Shown in pieces: positions 32,198 through 46,014 of a stretch of 64,000 nt of DNA. The stretch is from positions 621,880 to 685,879 of the forward strand of contig WELA01001462.1 of assembly GCA_009602735.1 (NCBI GenBank), given 5' to 3'. Both the position numbers and the translations under genes were made by a program. This DNA comes from Mesotaenium endlicherianum (Eukaryota). A model generated the notes under the pieces. That model did not search any database. It had not been told where the DNA came from and was given only the letters and a program-made list of their open reading frames with translations. The stretch's first letter is position 1; every line of letters starts with the position of its first letter.

Positions 32198-35100
32198 TAT
32201 AACGTTGCTGCTTTTTGAGAGGATCTTTCGCGCCAAACGGGCGTTTTCGCGTTCTCGCGACTTTTCGAAAAGTCGCGACTGTTCGCGGAGGCGCGTACAG
32301 ATGCTTTTCGTCATGAACCGGCAGTTATAAAAACCACTTTGCCAGTCGGTTAGGTGTGAACGTTTCAAACGACAGGTGGCGGGTTCGAATCTGCTCGGAT
32401 GCAAAGTCGCTTTGCATATTATGTGTCGTTTGACTTTTACGACTGTTTGTTCGTATTAACGATTGGTTGTAAACCCAAAATCTGCGATTGTGCATTATCG
32501 AAAATAATGAGATTTCAAATAACTTAATCAAACAATGATTAATTCAGTTATCATCTCATAATTAATCAAAACAACTTCATGAATAATCATGTCGTACTTT
32601 TGCGAAGTAGTCGAATTACGTTACGACGCTTTTTGCAATAGTATCTCGGTCGTTTCGTCAATCGACTGGGAATTAATCGGCACACGCGTGTGGCAAATAG
32701 TTCAATGTGATGCAATCATTTATCAAATAATGTATGATAACTAGTATAACGTATGTTAGGTAATCGGGAAAACGTCCCGAATACGCCTAAAAAGCTCTGA
32801 TCGTTACACTCCTCCCCCCTTAAAAGAACTTAACGTCCTCGTTAAGCGTACGTCTGAATGTGTCAATCCTAGCCTTGATTAGCGGAAAACACTGGTGAGC
32901 GATTGGACTATGCATCATCAGTGTGACGGAAAAGAGCGATTATTTGGCCACGTCTCTCGTGCGTTTGTTCCATGGCTTACGAAGAGCGCTTGGTAGCACA
33001 CTTGCCTCGACGCAGTGCTTTTGAGCATCAGCCCATCGTAACCAATATTGGTGGACCAGGTCCTTACAATTAAGTAGGATTTCGTCCTGAGGTTTGAACG
33101 AGTTCCAACTGGAATCGTAATCAAGCCATTTGATCAAAAGTTCCACGCGTGGAGGCTTCTGACGAGTGTAGCGGTGTCCTAAGACCTCCTCTACATCCCA
33201 GGCCTTATCATCATCGGCGAGTTCCAATTCCGGTGCTTGCGGCTGATAGCGGCCATCGGACCTCAACAGCTTTAGTAAACTGACATGGAACACAGGATGC
33301 GTTCGCCCCATGGATTTGAGCAAATCCACACGGTATGCAACAATTCCAACCTTTGCGATAACGATAAAAGGGCCTACCTAGCGAGGCAAAAGCTTGCGCA
33401 TTCCTAGGTGCTTGAGTTGGAGGTTTTTAGTTTGCAAAAGTACTTTATTGCCAGCTTGAAAACTTAACTCAGTCTTGTGCGTGTCAGCAAACGTTTTTTG
33501 TCGATCTCGAGCAACGGCTAAAGCCAGCTTCGCGTTTTTGTGCACCTTTTGAAAAGAGTGGACAAATAGGCGTGCACTTGGCACTCTCATGGGTGACATC
33601 CCCGCCTCACCGGGTACCGTACGCGTGAGAGGAGTGTGCGGATGTCTCCCATATTTAAGCAAAAACGGTGTTTTCTTAACACTTTCCTGATAAGCATTAT
33701 TTACTGCGAACTTTGCAACTGAAAGGAGGGTGTCCCAGTTGTCTTAGTGAGGATTCACATAATGCCTAAGGAACTGTTGCAAAACGCGATTCAGTCGTTC
33801 TGTCTGACCATCGATCCGAGGATGAAAGCTAGTGGACATCTTAAGCTTCGTGCCGAAATGCGAGCAAACTTCCTGCCAGAAGTGGCTCGTAAATCTACTG
33901 TCAAGGTCATTTATGATTTCTTTCGACATGCCATGCAACTTGAACACATGATCTACGAAGAGACGCGCGGTCTCAACGGCATCAAGCGATGGTTTAGTGG
34001 CCACAAAGTGCACCATCTTAGTGAAACGATCCACGATTGTGAACACCCCATTGTGTCCTCTATCGGTGGTAGGCAATTCCACGACAAAGTTGAGGCTTAT
34101 GCTTTTCCAAGGAGCACATGGAAGTCCCAATGGTTGCAATTTCTCACTGGCAACGTATTGCTGGGCTTATTCCTCTGACATGTTGCGCAGTTGACGATGT
34201 ACTCAGCAACATCAACCTTGAGGGACGGCCAAATGTACCCTCGGCGCAAAGCGTGTGTGGTTTTGGTATATTCCATGGTGACCAGAGTAAGGAGAGTCAT
34301 GCGCTTCGCGTAGTAGCACATGTCTTACTCGACCTTTTGGGACAGCAATGCGCCCATTGTGCCACCATAAAACTGTCCTCAAACAATTAGCTTGAGTGTT
34401 CTTTCCTTTTTATCCATATTTTCCATCGTTACGGCTACATTGTTCAAGCCAGTGCCCTTGAAATCTAGGAAAAACGGATCTTTGAGATAGCCCTTGTGAA
34501 ATAATTGATGCAGGTCAAGTACTTCCGAGTTATGCATGTTATCCAATCCGGTGTGCCCGCGTCACCAGGCTGGTTGAGGTCAGACGTCTGGGGGGGTACA
34601 GCAGAATCAAGGGTGGCCGCCCTCGAAACCTGACCATTTCGTTCTCGCAAGCTAGCAACAGTCCCCAACATCAAGTGGTGATGAGGAATTCGACTTAGAG
34701 GATCAGCAACATTGTTGCGGCCTGGGCGATATGCCCACTTAAAGTGGAATCGTTGCAAGAACTTAGACCATCTCATCTGTCTCCTCGATAGCGTTGGCTG
34801 AATTTGAAAGAAGGTATTTGGGCAGTGGTCCGTAACCACTGTCAAACCCTTGCAACCTTCTAAATAACATCGCCAAGTTTTCAAAGCGTATATCACTGCC
34901 CTGAGCTCCTGCTCTGTCGTTGAGTAATTTGGTTTGGCAGGTGACAGCTTTCGACTCTCAAAATTGATAAGCTTGCCTGCCTGCAGCAGAACAGCCCCTA
35001 TTCCAACAGCAGACGCATCGGCGACTACCTCGTAAGGCAAGTCGGGATCAGCTAATGAAAGAAGTGGCGCATTAGTGAGTGCATACTTAACGCGCTCAAA

Positions 35101-37464
35101 CGCATGTTGCGGATTCTCATCCCAAATGAACGTCTTATCTTTCCTTGTCAGAGCAGTGAGTGGCGCGGCCATCACTGAATAACCTTGCATAAACTTCCGA
35201 AAGTAGTTAACAAACCCAAGGAAGGAACGTACAGTATGTACATCTTTCGAGATAGGCCAGTCAACGACGCACGCTATCTTGGCTGGGTCAGGGCGCACCC
35301 CTTTCAAACCCACTATGTGTCCGAGGTACAAAAGTTCATCCTTTAAGAAGGAACATTTCTTTAGCTTAGCATACAGCTGTTGCTCACGAAGGATTTGCAA
35401 CACCAACTCGAGGTGCTTGTAATGCTCGTCCCTGGTCTTTGAATAGACGAGGATTTTGTCGAGGTAAACCTGGAAGAATTTCCCCAAGTGAGATCTAAAC
35501 AAATCGTTCATCGTACTTTGGAATGTCGCTGGTGCATTGGTAAGTCCAAAACTTAGGACTTTGTGTTGTAAGTGCCCAATAGGCGTACAAAATGCTGTTT
35601 TGGGGACATCCTCTGGTGTGATTCAAATCTGATGATAGCCTTGGGCTGTATCAAGCAAGGAGAACACGCATGCCCCCTGCAGCGAACCAAACAAATCATC
35701 AATGCGAGGCAATGAATAGCGGTTCTTGACCGTTATAGTGTTCAACGCACGATAATCAATGCACATTCTAAGCGTCCCATCTTTCTTTTGAACAAATAGG
35801 ATGGGCGCCTCGAATGGAGAAGAGCTCGGCTCAATCCATCCTTTCTCAAGCAAGTCAATAATTTGGTGCTTCATTTCATTCTTCTCCAACGGGCTTAGGC
35901 GATAAATTGGTCGCCAAGTCGGTGGAGAATCAGGAATGAGAGGGATTGTATGTCCAATACCCCTATCAGGCGGAAGCCCGGCCGGTATTTTACTTGGAAA
36001 CATTGACTTGAACTTTTGCTAAAGAGCAGAAAGTTCAGCTGTGAGTGTGTCCTCATGACCAGTAATGTTTAGCATCGGCTCTTCCGTAAAGAGCGTAGTG
36101 GAAGTGGCTGGGGAATCGGGTCTTAGTATTCCATAGAAAACATTTTGACTTTGCTTTGCCAAACGTCGAGCTTGCTTTATGGACAATAGGAGAGTCTTCG
36201 AAGGACTTTCCAAGGCCATATCGGGCTTAAGGGACTAAAGAGTGATCTTCTTGGTCCCTTTGCGTACAATGCATGTCTTTTGACCGAAGTCAAGCAATGC
36301 ACTTGTTTGCGTAAGCCAATCGTTACCCAAAACTGCGTCGGTTCGATGTGGCAATTCAGTTACGTAGAATTGTACACACCCATGAGATAAAATTTCTCGT
36401 CGACACACGATAAGCGACCGTTGGGTCAGGGCAGGACTGGGATGGGTGACCTTCCCAACACGAAAAATTGCCCCAAAATATATTTTCCCAAAATATAATT
36501 TCCAACCACTAAAAAAAATAATTTCCTTGGAGAAACCGAGATCGGCTCCAATACCAATGTAACGAATCTGCTTATCGAGAGGATCTTTCCTCGGTATTCA
36601 AGGAATATTTAAATGAAGTGGAAAGAAAAAATCCATATACTTGTGCAAATTGACAAATCCTCGAGAAAGCGAAAATGAAAACTAACGTAGAATGTGTGCT
36701 TGGGAGAGTTGCACTCACAATGACTCTGCACGACGTGAAGCACTGGAGTGCTTCGAGTCACCACCTAGGGCACTGGTTCATGTCAACGAAAATAGGCAAA
36801 GGGGTACGACCCATTTCAGTTGAATGCTCTGAACGCGCCGTTTGGCCGTTTGGAGACTTTTCGACGGTTTCCGAAAAACCGTTTCGCGCCAAACGGGCGT
36901 TTTCGCGTTCTCGCGACTTTCCGAAAAGTCGCGACTGTTCGCAGAGTTGCGTACAGATTCTTTTCGTCATGAACCGGTAGTTATAAAAACTATTTCGCCA
37001 ATTGGTTAGGTGTGAACGTTTCAAACGACAGGTGGCGGGTTCGAATCCGCTCGGATGCAAAGTCGCTTTGCATATTATGTGTCGTTTGACTTTTACGACT
37101 GTTTGTTCGTATTAACGACTGTTCGTAAATCCAAAATCTGTGACTGTGCATTATCCGAAATAATGATGATCAAAATAACTTAATCAAACAATGACTAATT
37201 AAGTTATCATCTCATAATTAATCAAAGCAACTTCATGAATAATTATGTCGTAATTTTGCGAAGTAGTCGAATTATGTTACGACGCTTTTTGCAATAGTAT
37301 CTCGGTCGTTTCGCCAATCGACCGAAAATTAATCGGCACACTCGTGTGGCGAAGAGTTTAATGTGATGCAATCATTTATCAAATAATGTATGATAAATAG
37401 TATAACGTATTTTAGGTACTCGGGAAAACGTCCCAAATACGTCTAAAAAGCTCAGATCGTTACA
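32198..37464 (-). mobile_element. Family C decayed chromovirus (no gag; fragmented pol with chromodomain)
   Basis: LTRs 36558-37464 and 32198-32808 (the latter has a ~300-bp deletion). PBS TGGTATTGGAGC ~36545-36556, PPT 32809-32822, degenerate TSD TGTTT/TCTTT. RT/RNaseH/IN/chromo fragments at 32940-36300. Confidence 0.88.
36995..37059 (+). other. tRNA-like (A-box/B-box) segment inside family C LTRs; second copy ~32339-32403
   Basis: GCCAATTGGTTAGG ... CG-TTTCAAA-CG ... GCGGGTTCGAATCCGC; acceptor stem not intact. Confidence 0.45.
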
Positions 37465-40044
37465 TCTTTGAGAAGTTCGTCAAGTCGCATAATTCCACTT
37501 TCTTTGCCACCTTGGACTTAAGGTCAAAGATTTAGCGGGCAATCTTCTCCTCGAGAGACATGTTGGGGATCTCAAGAGTGAGGGCGTGAAATCTAGATGT
37601 ATACTCTTGAACGGACGTTGTTTGCTTGAGATGGTGGAGCTTTGCTCGGGCAATCTTCTCCGCATTGATGGGCATGAATTGCTTCTCGAGGGCCTCACGA
37701 AAATTTGCCCATCTTGCATATGATGGTGGAGGCTCTTGGCCGGGCACGGGGTGCGCCGTAGCTTGATATGCAGCCGCTTGATAGTCACGCCACCATGATG
37801 TTGCTGCTCCTCTAATTAAGGTAACGGCAAATGGAACTTATTCCTCCTCCGTTACTTTAAGGAATGCGAGGTACGTCTCCACTTGGTAGAGCCATAAATT
37901 CAGGTTGGCACCTTTCCCGGGGAGAAAAGTGTCGGGTTTGCCGGGCTTGATGAGTTTCCTTGTTCTCGTAGGCTCCTGTGGAGGCGCTTGAGCCGGGATT
38001 GGATTTTGAGCGTTGCTCGTAATAGGGGCAACCATGGCAGCTATAGCTTCTCTTGACGCTTGCACGATTGCTTCATAGGTGGCCAAGCCCACTTGGTTGT
38101 GGACGGTCATTAGGAAGGCTGCCCACTCATTTGCGGGAACTTCTTGTGGTGGGGTCAACTTCGCTATAGCGACTGCCACGGGATTTGACGGTGCTCCTCC
38201 TTGTGGTGCTTCTTGTTGTTGCAGATTTTCTTGAGTGGGCTTTTCCATCGGCGCTGGAGGAGGGTCTCTTGGAGAGGAAGGGCTTCCTTTGAAAGCTTGC
38301 TATTGATCTTGAGGATCGGCCATCTTCTTGTGCTACCAAAGTGCCTAGCTCCGATACCACTGTAGTGAAACACATAGATAAAGTACTTAGTGAATTATAA
38401 TACTTTATGTATTCAAGACAAGGATCTTTGAACACAAGTGGTAGCTTCTTGAAAGAGGGATGGCTTCTTGAAAGTTGATATATTTCTAGAATTTGGCAAG
38501 TACAAGAGTGTTCTGGAATGCCTTTCTATGTTCTAGCTCTTGTTTATATTATTGCTACATAAGTAATTTCTAGGAAGGTGCATGTTGATGTGTTGGCACC
38601 CAACACATCCCAAAACTTGCCACCTCTTTCTAGAATAATGTACACATGTTCTTTTGACCTAAAAATGGTACATTTGACTTTTGCCACATGGAGTTCTTCT
38701 AGGTCCTTCCTCTAATTTCGAAAATGCCTTAGAAGGTTTCAAAAGACATGAACCAAGTCACTAGAGTATCTATTCACACTTGAATCCACACAATACTACT
38801 CCAAATATATTCAAAAGCATTAAAATAAAACCAAACTAATACACTATAACTCAAATCACTACAGCAACTCTCCATGATTCTTGCCGTTGTGGCAAATCCG
38901 TCGTGGCTGTTCCTCGTGTGATTGCCAGTGGACCAAGTGTGCTGTGTCTGTCCACATCTCAGCTTCCAAGGTGTCTGAGGTGTCGTAGCGTTTTTTGGCT
39001 TGATTGCCACTGGACCAAGTCAAGCGTGGCTGTCCACGTCACCCATTCCAAAGTGGCAGGTTTGCTATGCATATTCGTCATAATTCACGGTTGACAAAGT
39101 CAATCAAGGTACTAATCCTGAGTCCAGCTCTGATCAGCCTTGTTAGGTTGACCTTGTTCAGTCTTCTAGGGTCAACACGGACTCCATGTTGTACTTGACT
39201 TATTGCAACTTTCGCTGCGCGTGTCTGACCGACACTCACCTGCAATCGTGACATGTTCATCAGCTGTCGATGTCTGCAATTCCTTCGGTCGATTGCGATG
39301 ACAGCTCAGTGGGCATCTCAAGGCAGGACTATGCTGGGAGATAGCGGGCCGTACAGCTGATCCCAGAAGGACTTCTATCTAAACGCTGGCAGTTGCTGGA
39401 AGTGGTCCCCCCGGCGGCCTCTACAGAGCTCCTCTCTGTTGTACTGTCATACCTCAATAGTAATCAGCGCTGATCAGCACCACCTAGCACCACCTAGTGC
39501 CAACCAGAACACATCACATTATCGCACTCTTCGTCTCGAGAGTCCCTTACAACCCACAGTGACCCACACCATCAGCGTCGGCGAGTCGAAGTCAGCATGG
39601 GTAGGGTAATTACAGGACACTTTTGGCCACTAGACCAATAACAGCAGCGAATGACATGCTTGAACAAGTCGTTTCGTATTTACAAGCTCTCACAAGTATC
39701 GTACTAAGATACCGTACAAATACCTACACGCGTCAACCATATTCCACGTCCTCCAGGTAACTACATTGCGTGAGTCTACACAGCAGATAGAAAGGGGCAA
39801 CATAGAGCAGCACTGGGTCCCGAGAAAAATTCTATGGTGCCGAGACAACCAAAATGGCACATCAAAAGGCTGCCGGGGACATTTACCTCGAGGCCTGAGA
39901 ATGTTGACTGCCAAGTCAGAGAGGAGTGTAGCTTACGAGTTTCTCTTGTAGCTGGCCGAAGGTCTTCGTGGCTTGTTGGAATTGGTATCAGTGTGAGGAC
40001 TTGAAGCCATTAGAGGTTGTGTTGGCATAAGTGAGGCTAAGAGC

Positions 40045-43000
40045 ATGTCCGAACCAGTACAGGTAGGTGCTCAGGTGCCGAGAAAACTGGCCATATTGCC
40101 CCTACGAAATAGGGTGCTACTTCCGGGTGCCATACTCCGCATACGCTGCACTTCAGCTTCAAGGTAGATACTGATATGTCCTTAAATTGTTCAAAATAAT
40201 TGCTCATGCAGTCAGTTGGCTGCAAAGCCACAATAGTAGATGCGGGCAGGAAGTCGACTGTTCTCTACGTACAGCTTCCATGACGAGTTCATGGAAGAGT
40301 GCAAGTGGTCTTTCTGCTGTTGGTGAACCTTCACTGAGGCAGCGGGCAAAGGTGTCTCGCCTTGCTTACACTGGTGAATCTAGAACTCCGACTCCTACGC
40401 CATAGGCTGGCGGCGAGTAGGGCTTGCTGCAAACAAGTTCCAAATTGTGCGTGTTTGACCTATGAAAAGGATTAAATTTCATTATTGCTGCTGTTGCTTG
40501 TTCTTCCAAGCAGAGAATGATATTGCTGTATGTACATGCCAGTGTCTACACGGGCTGAGGTCTAACCCCACAAACTGCTAGGCCGGAAAGTAGTGGTGCT
40601 TGCCAGCTGGGGGGCCGTAGAATCAGTGAGAAATGAGGTTGATACCGACACCCCCCTCCTGCCTCTCCCCCAGCCAGGTGCTGGCTGGGAGTGTGGTGGA
40701 GCATTCTAGCTGCTTGAGCCAACTCCTTCCCTTCCTCCCTCCCTCTCGCACTGCCTAAAGAGCAAGAATGCGAGAGGGTGAGCTTGACCAGCAGCAGCAG
40801 CAGCAGGCAATGGCTGCACGTATCTCTGTGTGTGTGGGAGCTGTGCCGGAGACGGCGTTCTCGACTGCCCTTCGTCGCCGGGCTTGTGCATGCCCCCCCC
40901 CCCACCGGGAGGGCCACAGCGAGCACCTGGCGGGAACTAACGACGGGGCGTGCTCTGGGGGGGGGGAGAGCACACAGTGTGAGGCTGGTGGAGCAGGAGC
41001 TGTGGCAGAAGGAGCCGCGCAACCTCGTGGGGGTGGTGCCTGTGCGCGACAACCTCTCTCATGAGGTGGGCTTGCCCGACACGCTGTCGCCGCTGCTGGC
41101 CCCCAACGGCAGCAGAGCGGGTGCCGATAGCAGCGGCAGGGGCCCCCACGGCAAGCATGACAAGGAAGTGGTGGATGATCGGGAGAGCAGCAGCAGCAGC
41201 AGCGCTGACTTCCAGCAGCCCCTGGGCAAGTTGCTGACCACGGAGGACAATTACATCTGGCACTCCAGGTCTCACCGTCACTCTCTTCCGTTTGGGCCCC
41301 ACCGACTCAGGTCATGATGTTATCAGGCCGAACAAACTGTTGCTCTGCCGGATGAAGATCACGGTACTCACAAGCGGTAGCTGTTGGTGCGGGATGGACC
41401 CATGGGCACGAGACTGGAATACGAGGAATGTTCTTGCCACATGTCCACCACCACTTTATGTCCCGCTTCGCTTCTCTGCTTCTTCTTCTGCTTGACGCAA
41501 TGAGAGGGAGGGTGGCAGAGGAGTGGCAGCGAGAGCGCTGCACGTGAGCCGGGGCGTGGAGAAGCCCAGCGGGCGCATCACGTACACCGTCATTCTGGAG
41601 GGCGTGTGCCGCATCGGCGTGCTGGACATGAACGCGCGCGGCCCCTTCCACTCCGCGCGCATTGCTCAGCTTGACCTGCTGCCCCTTGGTGGGCCTCCCT
41701 TCACCACAACACTCACATCGCTTTCTGGCAAGGCAGGTCTAGGCAGGTAGCTGATTGGAAGTGCATTTGATTCACTACCAGAGCAGGGGGACCCAGGGGT
41801 GCTCTGTCTGAAAAAGGCATCAGTGTTGTAGAGTGCAGCGGGAACTGAGGGATGATGGGAATCGCGGAGAGGGGGAGGGGGGGGGGGTTGCAACGCATGC
41901 AGAGGAGGAGCAGGCGCGGAGCGACGAGGAGGTGCAGGCGCTGGCCACGCAGTTCAAGTCGGTGGCGGCGGAGCTGCTGGCCGCGTTTGAGCACCGCGAG
42001 CGCCGCGTGGGCGGCGTGCGTGCGCTGTTGCAGAGCCTGGCGGCGCACCGGCTGGCGGACCTGCTGGTGGCGTCCATTGAGAGCTCGTATGCGGACCGCC
42101 TGGCGATGCTGGACGCCGTGGCCCCGCGCGCGCGCCTGCTGCAGGGCATCCGCCTCATCTCCGCCCACCTGGCTGTACGTTCTCGGAGCTCTGTCACCCC
42201 CCCTGGGCCTCTGTGCAGCAGCCTGAGCCTGAACCAAGCGAGCGAGAGGGAGAGACAGAGACAGAGACAGAGCAAGAAAGCTCTAACATTTCCAGCCGCA
42301 TGCTTTTCGGTATTGTAGCCGTGGAATCAAGCACTCAACCCCCCCCCTTGGGGCGCACAGCCGCAGCAGGAAGAGGAAGCTGAAGCTTGTCGCTGGGGGG
42401 TGGTGGTTGCTGCTCTGTGGATGGACAGGCACTGAGGGGAGGGGACAAGCAGCAGCAGCCAGCACTGCCGCCGCCTGCCATCGTGGTGCCGCCTTCGTTC
42501 GCTCCCAACGTGGACCCGCCACGCCCCCTCCAGGTGTGTGCGTCCGCGCGCGTGTGTGTGTGTGTGGGTGTGACGTAGAGAGAGGGAGAGCGGGTGGCAG
42601 GTTGTTGGGCTGGAGTGTGCAGCTTAGCAGTGGGTGCGCGTGCGGATGGGAGGGAGGCAGGCGGCGCCAAAGGGCATTACAGATGACGGCGGAGACGACG
42701 AGGATGACGTGGCTGCGCTGGAGCGCCGCATGGAGGCGGCTGGCATGCCGGCAAACGTGAGGAAGCACGTCAACCGCGAGCTCCGGTGTGTCCCTCTCCC
42801 CCCTCGCCCATCCGCCTGCCCGACTGCTCCAGGAGTGAGGGCTCCTTCTCCTAACTTTACCTCCTGTTGTTGTATCTTGATCAAAGTAGCTGTGAGGATG
42901 CCAATAAAGAAAGGATGAAGGCTTGTGTGTTGCATGCCTACAGCCGCCACCCAGTCGTTGTCGTTGCAGACATTATGGCTGTCTTCATCACACCGCCATG

Positions 43001-45966
43001 AGCAGCTACACCGGCTCAGATGCAACCAGCAGTGGGTGCTCCGGTGTTGCTGGCGACGTCATTGATGTGAGGGCGGGAGGGGGGAGGGGGGAGGGGGGAG
43101 AAGGCGGCTGCGCAAGATGCAGACGCAGTCGCCCGGGTATAGCAGCGCGCGCCAGTACCTGGAGCTGCTGGCGGATCTGCCGTGGGCCGTGAGCAGCAGC
43201 AGCAGCAGCGAGATGGAGATCGATCTGGCGGCGGCCAAGGACAAGCTGGACAGCCAGCACTTTGGTCTCAGCAAGGTGAAGACGCGCATCATCGAGTACA
43301 TCGCCGTGCGAAAGGTGCGTGCGCGCGTATCAACTGCGAGACTGACTGCCTCGTTGTATGCATGGCCCAGAGCCCACCTCGCCTGAGCTGTGGGTTTTTG
43401 GGGGGGCGGGGGGGGGGGAGGGGTGCAGCTGAAGCCGGACGCCACGGGGCCCGTTCTCTGCTTTGTGGGCCCGCCGGGCGTGGGCAAGACATCGCTGGCC
43501 GCGTCCATCGCGGCAGTGCTGGGCCGCAAGTACGTGCGCATTGCACTGGGCGGCGTCAAGGACGAGGCGGACATCCGTGGCCATCGTCGCACCTACGTGG
43601 GCAGCATGCCCGGCCGCCTTGTCGAAGGCATCAAGGTCGCCCCACCCCCACGCCTGTCATGCCATCCACCTAACAGCACACCTGCTTGCTCTCGATGCCG
43701 CGACGGGCACGGCACCCCTCCACACACTCCAGACAGTTTGCTCTGGTGCATCGAGGGAGACAGTCCCGTGTAACCAGTAACCAGGAGTTGTTACGCAAGT
43801 CATAGCAGCAATTGCTACTGCCCTTGTTGTCAGCACGTTGGCCAACAGCTGCGACAACAATGCCGTGCGGGTGTGGGGAGGGCGGGCAGAGAGTGGGAGT
43901 GAACAACCCCGTGATGCTGCTGGATGAAATTGACAAGACAGGTGGCGACACGCGGGGCGATCCAGCAGCGGCCCTGCTGGAGGTGCTGGACCCGGAGCAG
44001 AACAAGCACTTCACAGACCAGTATCCACCCCCCCCCTTCCTCCCTCTCGTCCGCTGCCGTGCTGCCTAACCTCTTTCGGCAGCTGCTGCTTCTATTGCTT
44101 CGTCCGCTGCGGCAGGGGCTGGCAAACGAGCACCGGCGATGGGATGAGGTTTGGTGTTGACGCTCTCGGTCTTTCTCTTTCTGTCTCTGTGGGGGTGGGG
44201 GGTCAGCTACGTGAACGTGCCGTTCGACTTGTCCAAGGTGGTGTTTGTGGCGACGGCCAACCGTGCGGGGCCCATCCCGGCGCCGCTGCTGGACCGCATG
44301 GAGGTCATAGAGCTGCCCGGGTACACGCCCGAGGAGAAGCAGCGCATCGCCCTGCGCCACCTCATCCCGCGCACGCTGGACCAGCACGGGATCACCGAGC
44401 GCCACCTCCACATCCCCGAGGTTTGCTCCTCCCCTGCCGCTGCCCTCAGCCTGGATGTATTCACCGCGGGTGAAAGCTGGTCGTGTCAGTTGCAGCGCCA
44501 GCACGTGAGTAGCACACAAACACGCCCATTGCGCGACTTAATGGCACGCACGCATACGCGCTGGTGTGTAACGATGCCGTGTTGGGGGGGGCGGGGGGGC
44601 GCAGCACGTGGTGGAGCACCTGATTCAGCGCTACACTCGAGAAGCAGGCGTTCGAAACCTGGCCCGGCACTTGGCGGCCCTGGCACGCGCGGCAGCCGTC
44701 AAGGTGGCAGAGTCGTGGCACTCCCAAAACCTGACGCGGCAGATAAAGCCGCTATCGCCGCGAGGCGGAGAAGCAGCAGACGGGCTGACGAGCGTGATGG
44801 AGGGCGAGGGCGAGGGCGAGGGCGCGGAGGCGGAGATGGAGGTGGAAGCCGTGGGCCTGCAGGGCCAGCTGGTGGCAGCAGCCATGGCCGAAGCGCGCCC
44901 CATAGTGGTGGACGAGGCCATGTTGGAGACCGTCCTCGGGGTGCGTGGACATGCCCACATTTCTATTTGCTCAATCCTGCAGCACACTTGTGAACCTTCG
45001 CGCATGTCATTCCTCATCTGCATGTGTGTGTGTGTGTGTGTGCGTGTGGGTACAGCCTCCGCGGTTTGACGGGAAGGAGGCGGCAGAGAGGGTGTCAACA
45101 CCCGGCGTTGCCGTGGGCCTGGTGTGGACAGCGGTGGGCGGTGAGGTGCAGTTTGTGGAGGCCACTAGTATGCTGGGCAAGGGCGACCTGCACCTCACGG
45201 GCCAGCTGGGTGAGGTCATCAAAGAGTCCGCTCAGATTGCCCTCACCTGGGTGCGCACCCCTCTCCCCCTCCCCGCTTCCATGGCCGCCATTGCCTCACT
45301 GTTTGCAACTTGACTGACTGACTGACTGAATGGCGCCATCCTCGTAGTCATGGCGCCCTTCCTTACTTGGTGATTGGCGCTGCTGGGCTGATGATGAGTA
45401 TGGGGGGAGTGGGTGGATGGCAGGTGCGAGCGCGGGCAGCGGACTTGTCGCTGGTTCAGCAGCAGCAGGTGGGGGAGCAGGCAGGCAACCTTATGGGCAA
45501 TCGCGACATCCACATCCACTTTCCTGCGGGGGCCGTTCCCAAGGACGGGCCCTCAGCCGGTGTGACACTTGTCACTGCCCTAGTATCTTTGCTGACGAAG
45601 CGCTGCGTGCGAGCTGACACTGCGATGACAGGGGAGCTGACCTTGAGAGGATTGTGCCTTCCGGTGGGGGGCATAAAAGAGAAGGTGCGTCTTCCATCAT
45701 GCCCTCTCTACATGCAGCACTGAAGTACTTCAGGTTGCAGCAGCAAGCACAGAATTACCCCTTCCCTCTTGGCCCTTCCAGTGTGGGCCTCTAGTTCAGT
45801 GCTGCAGATAGATGCGTCGCAAATTTTGTCTGTTGGTCCGTTGTTCAGTCAGGGCTTCTAGGGGAAGAGCGTTGCCCTGCTGCACCCTTGTTATTGTTTC
45901 TCTTATGGACACATGCACACTCACTCCCTCCCTGCCTCCCTCCCCCGCCACCTCCCCCCGCCCCCT

Positions 45967-46014
<48 letters not shown>

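Larger units (their letters stand above)
24432..38863 (-). mobile_element. Family B copy B2 (older host): pol/gag pieces 24432-24970, 31456-32197, 37465-38360 and 5' LTR 38361-38863
   Basis: Pieces are colinear once inserts B3 and C are removed. Protease VDSGA at 31487-31924, zinc knuckle CFYCKEKGHRALSC, PBS at 38348-38359. Confidence 0.85.

Noticed and set aside
32339..32403. Functional tRNA-Sec or opal suppressor gene (UCA loop)
   Set aside because: No acceptor stem, weak anticodon stem and no long variable arm; kept only as a tRNA-like motif.
38864..40000. Possible TE remnant or small gene before LON2
   Set aside because: No recognisable motif or repeat boundary.
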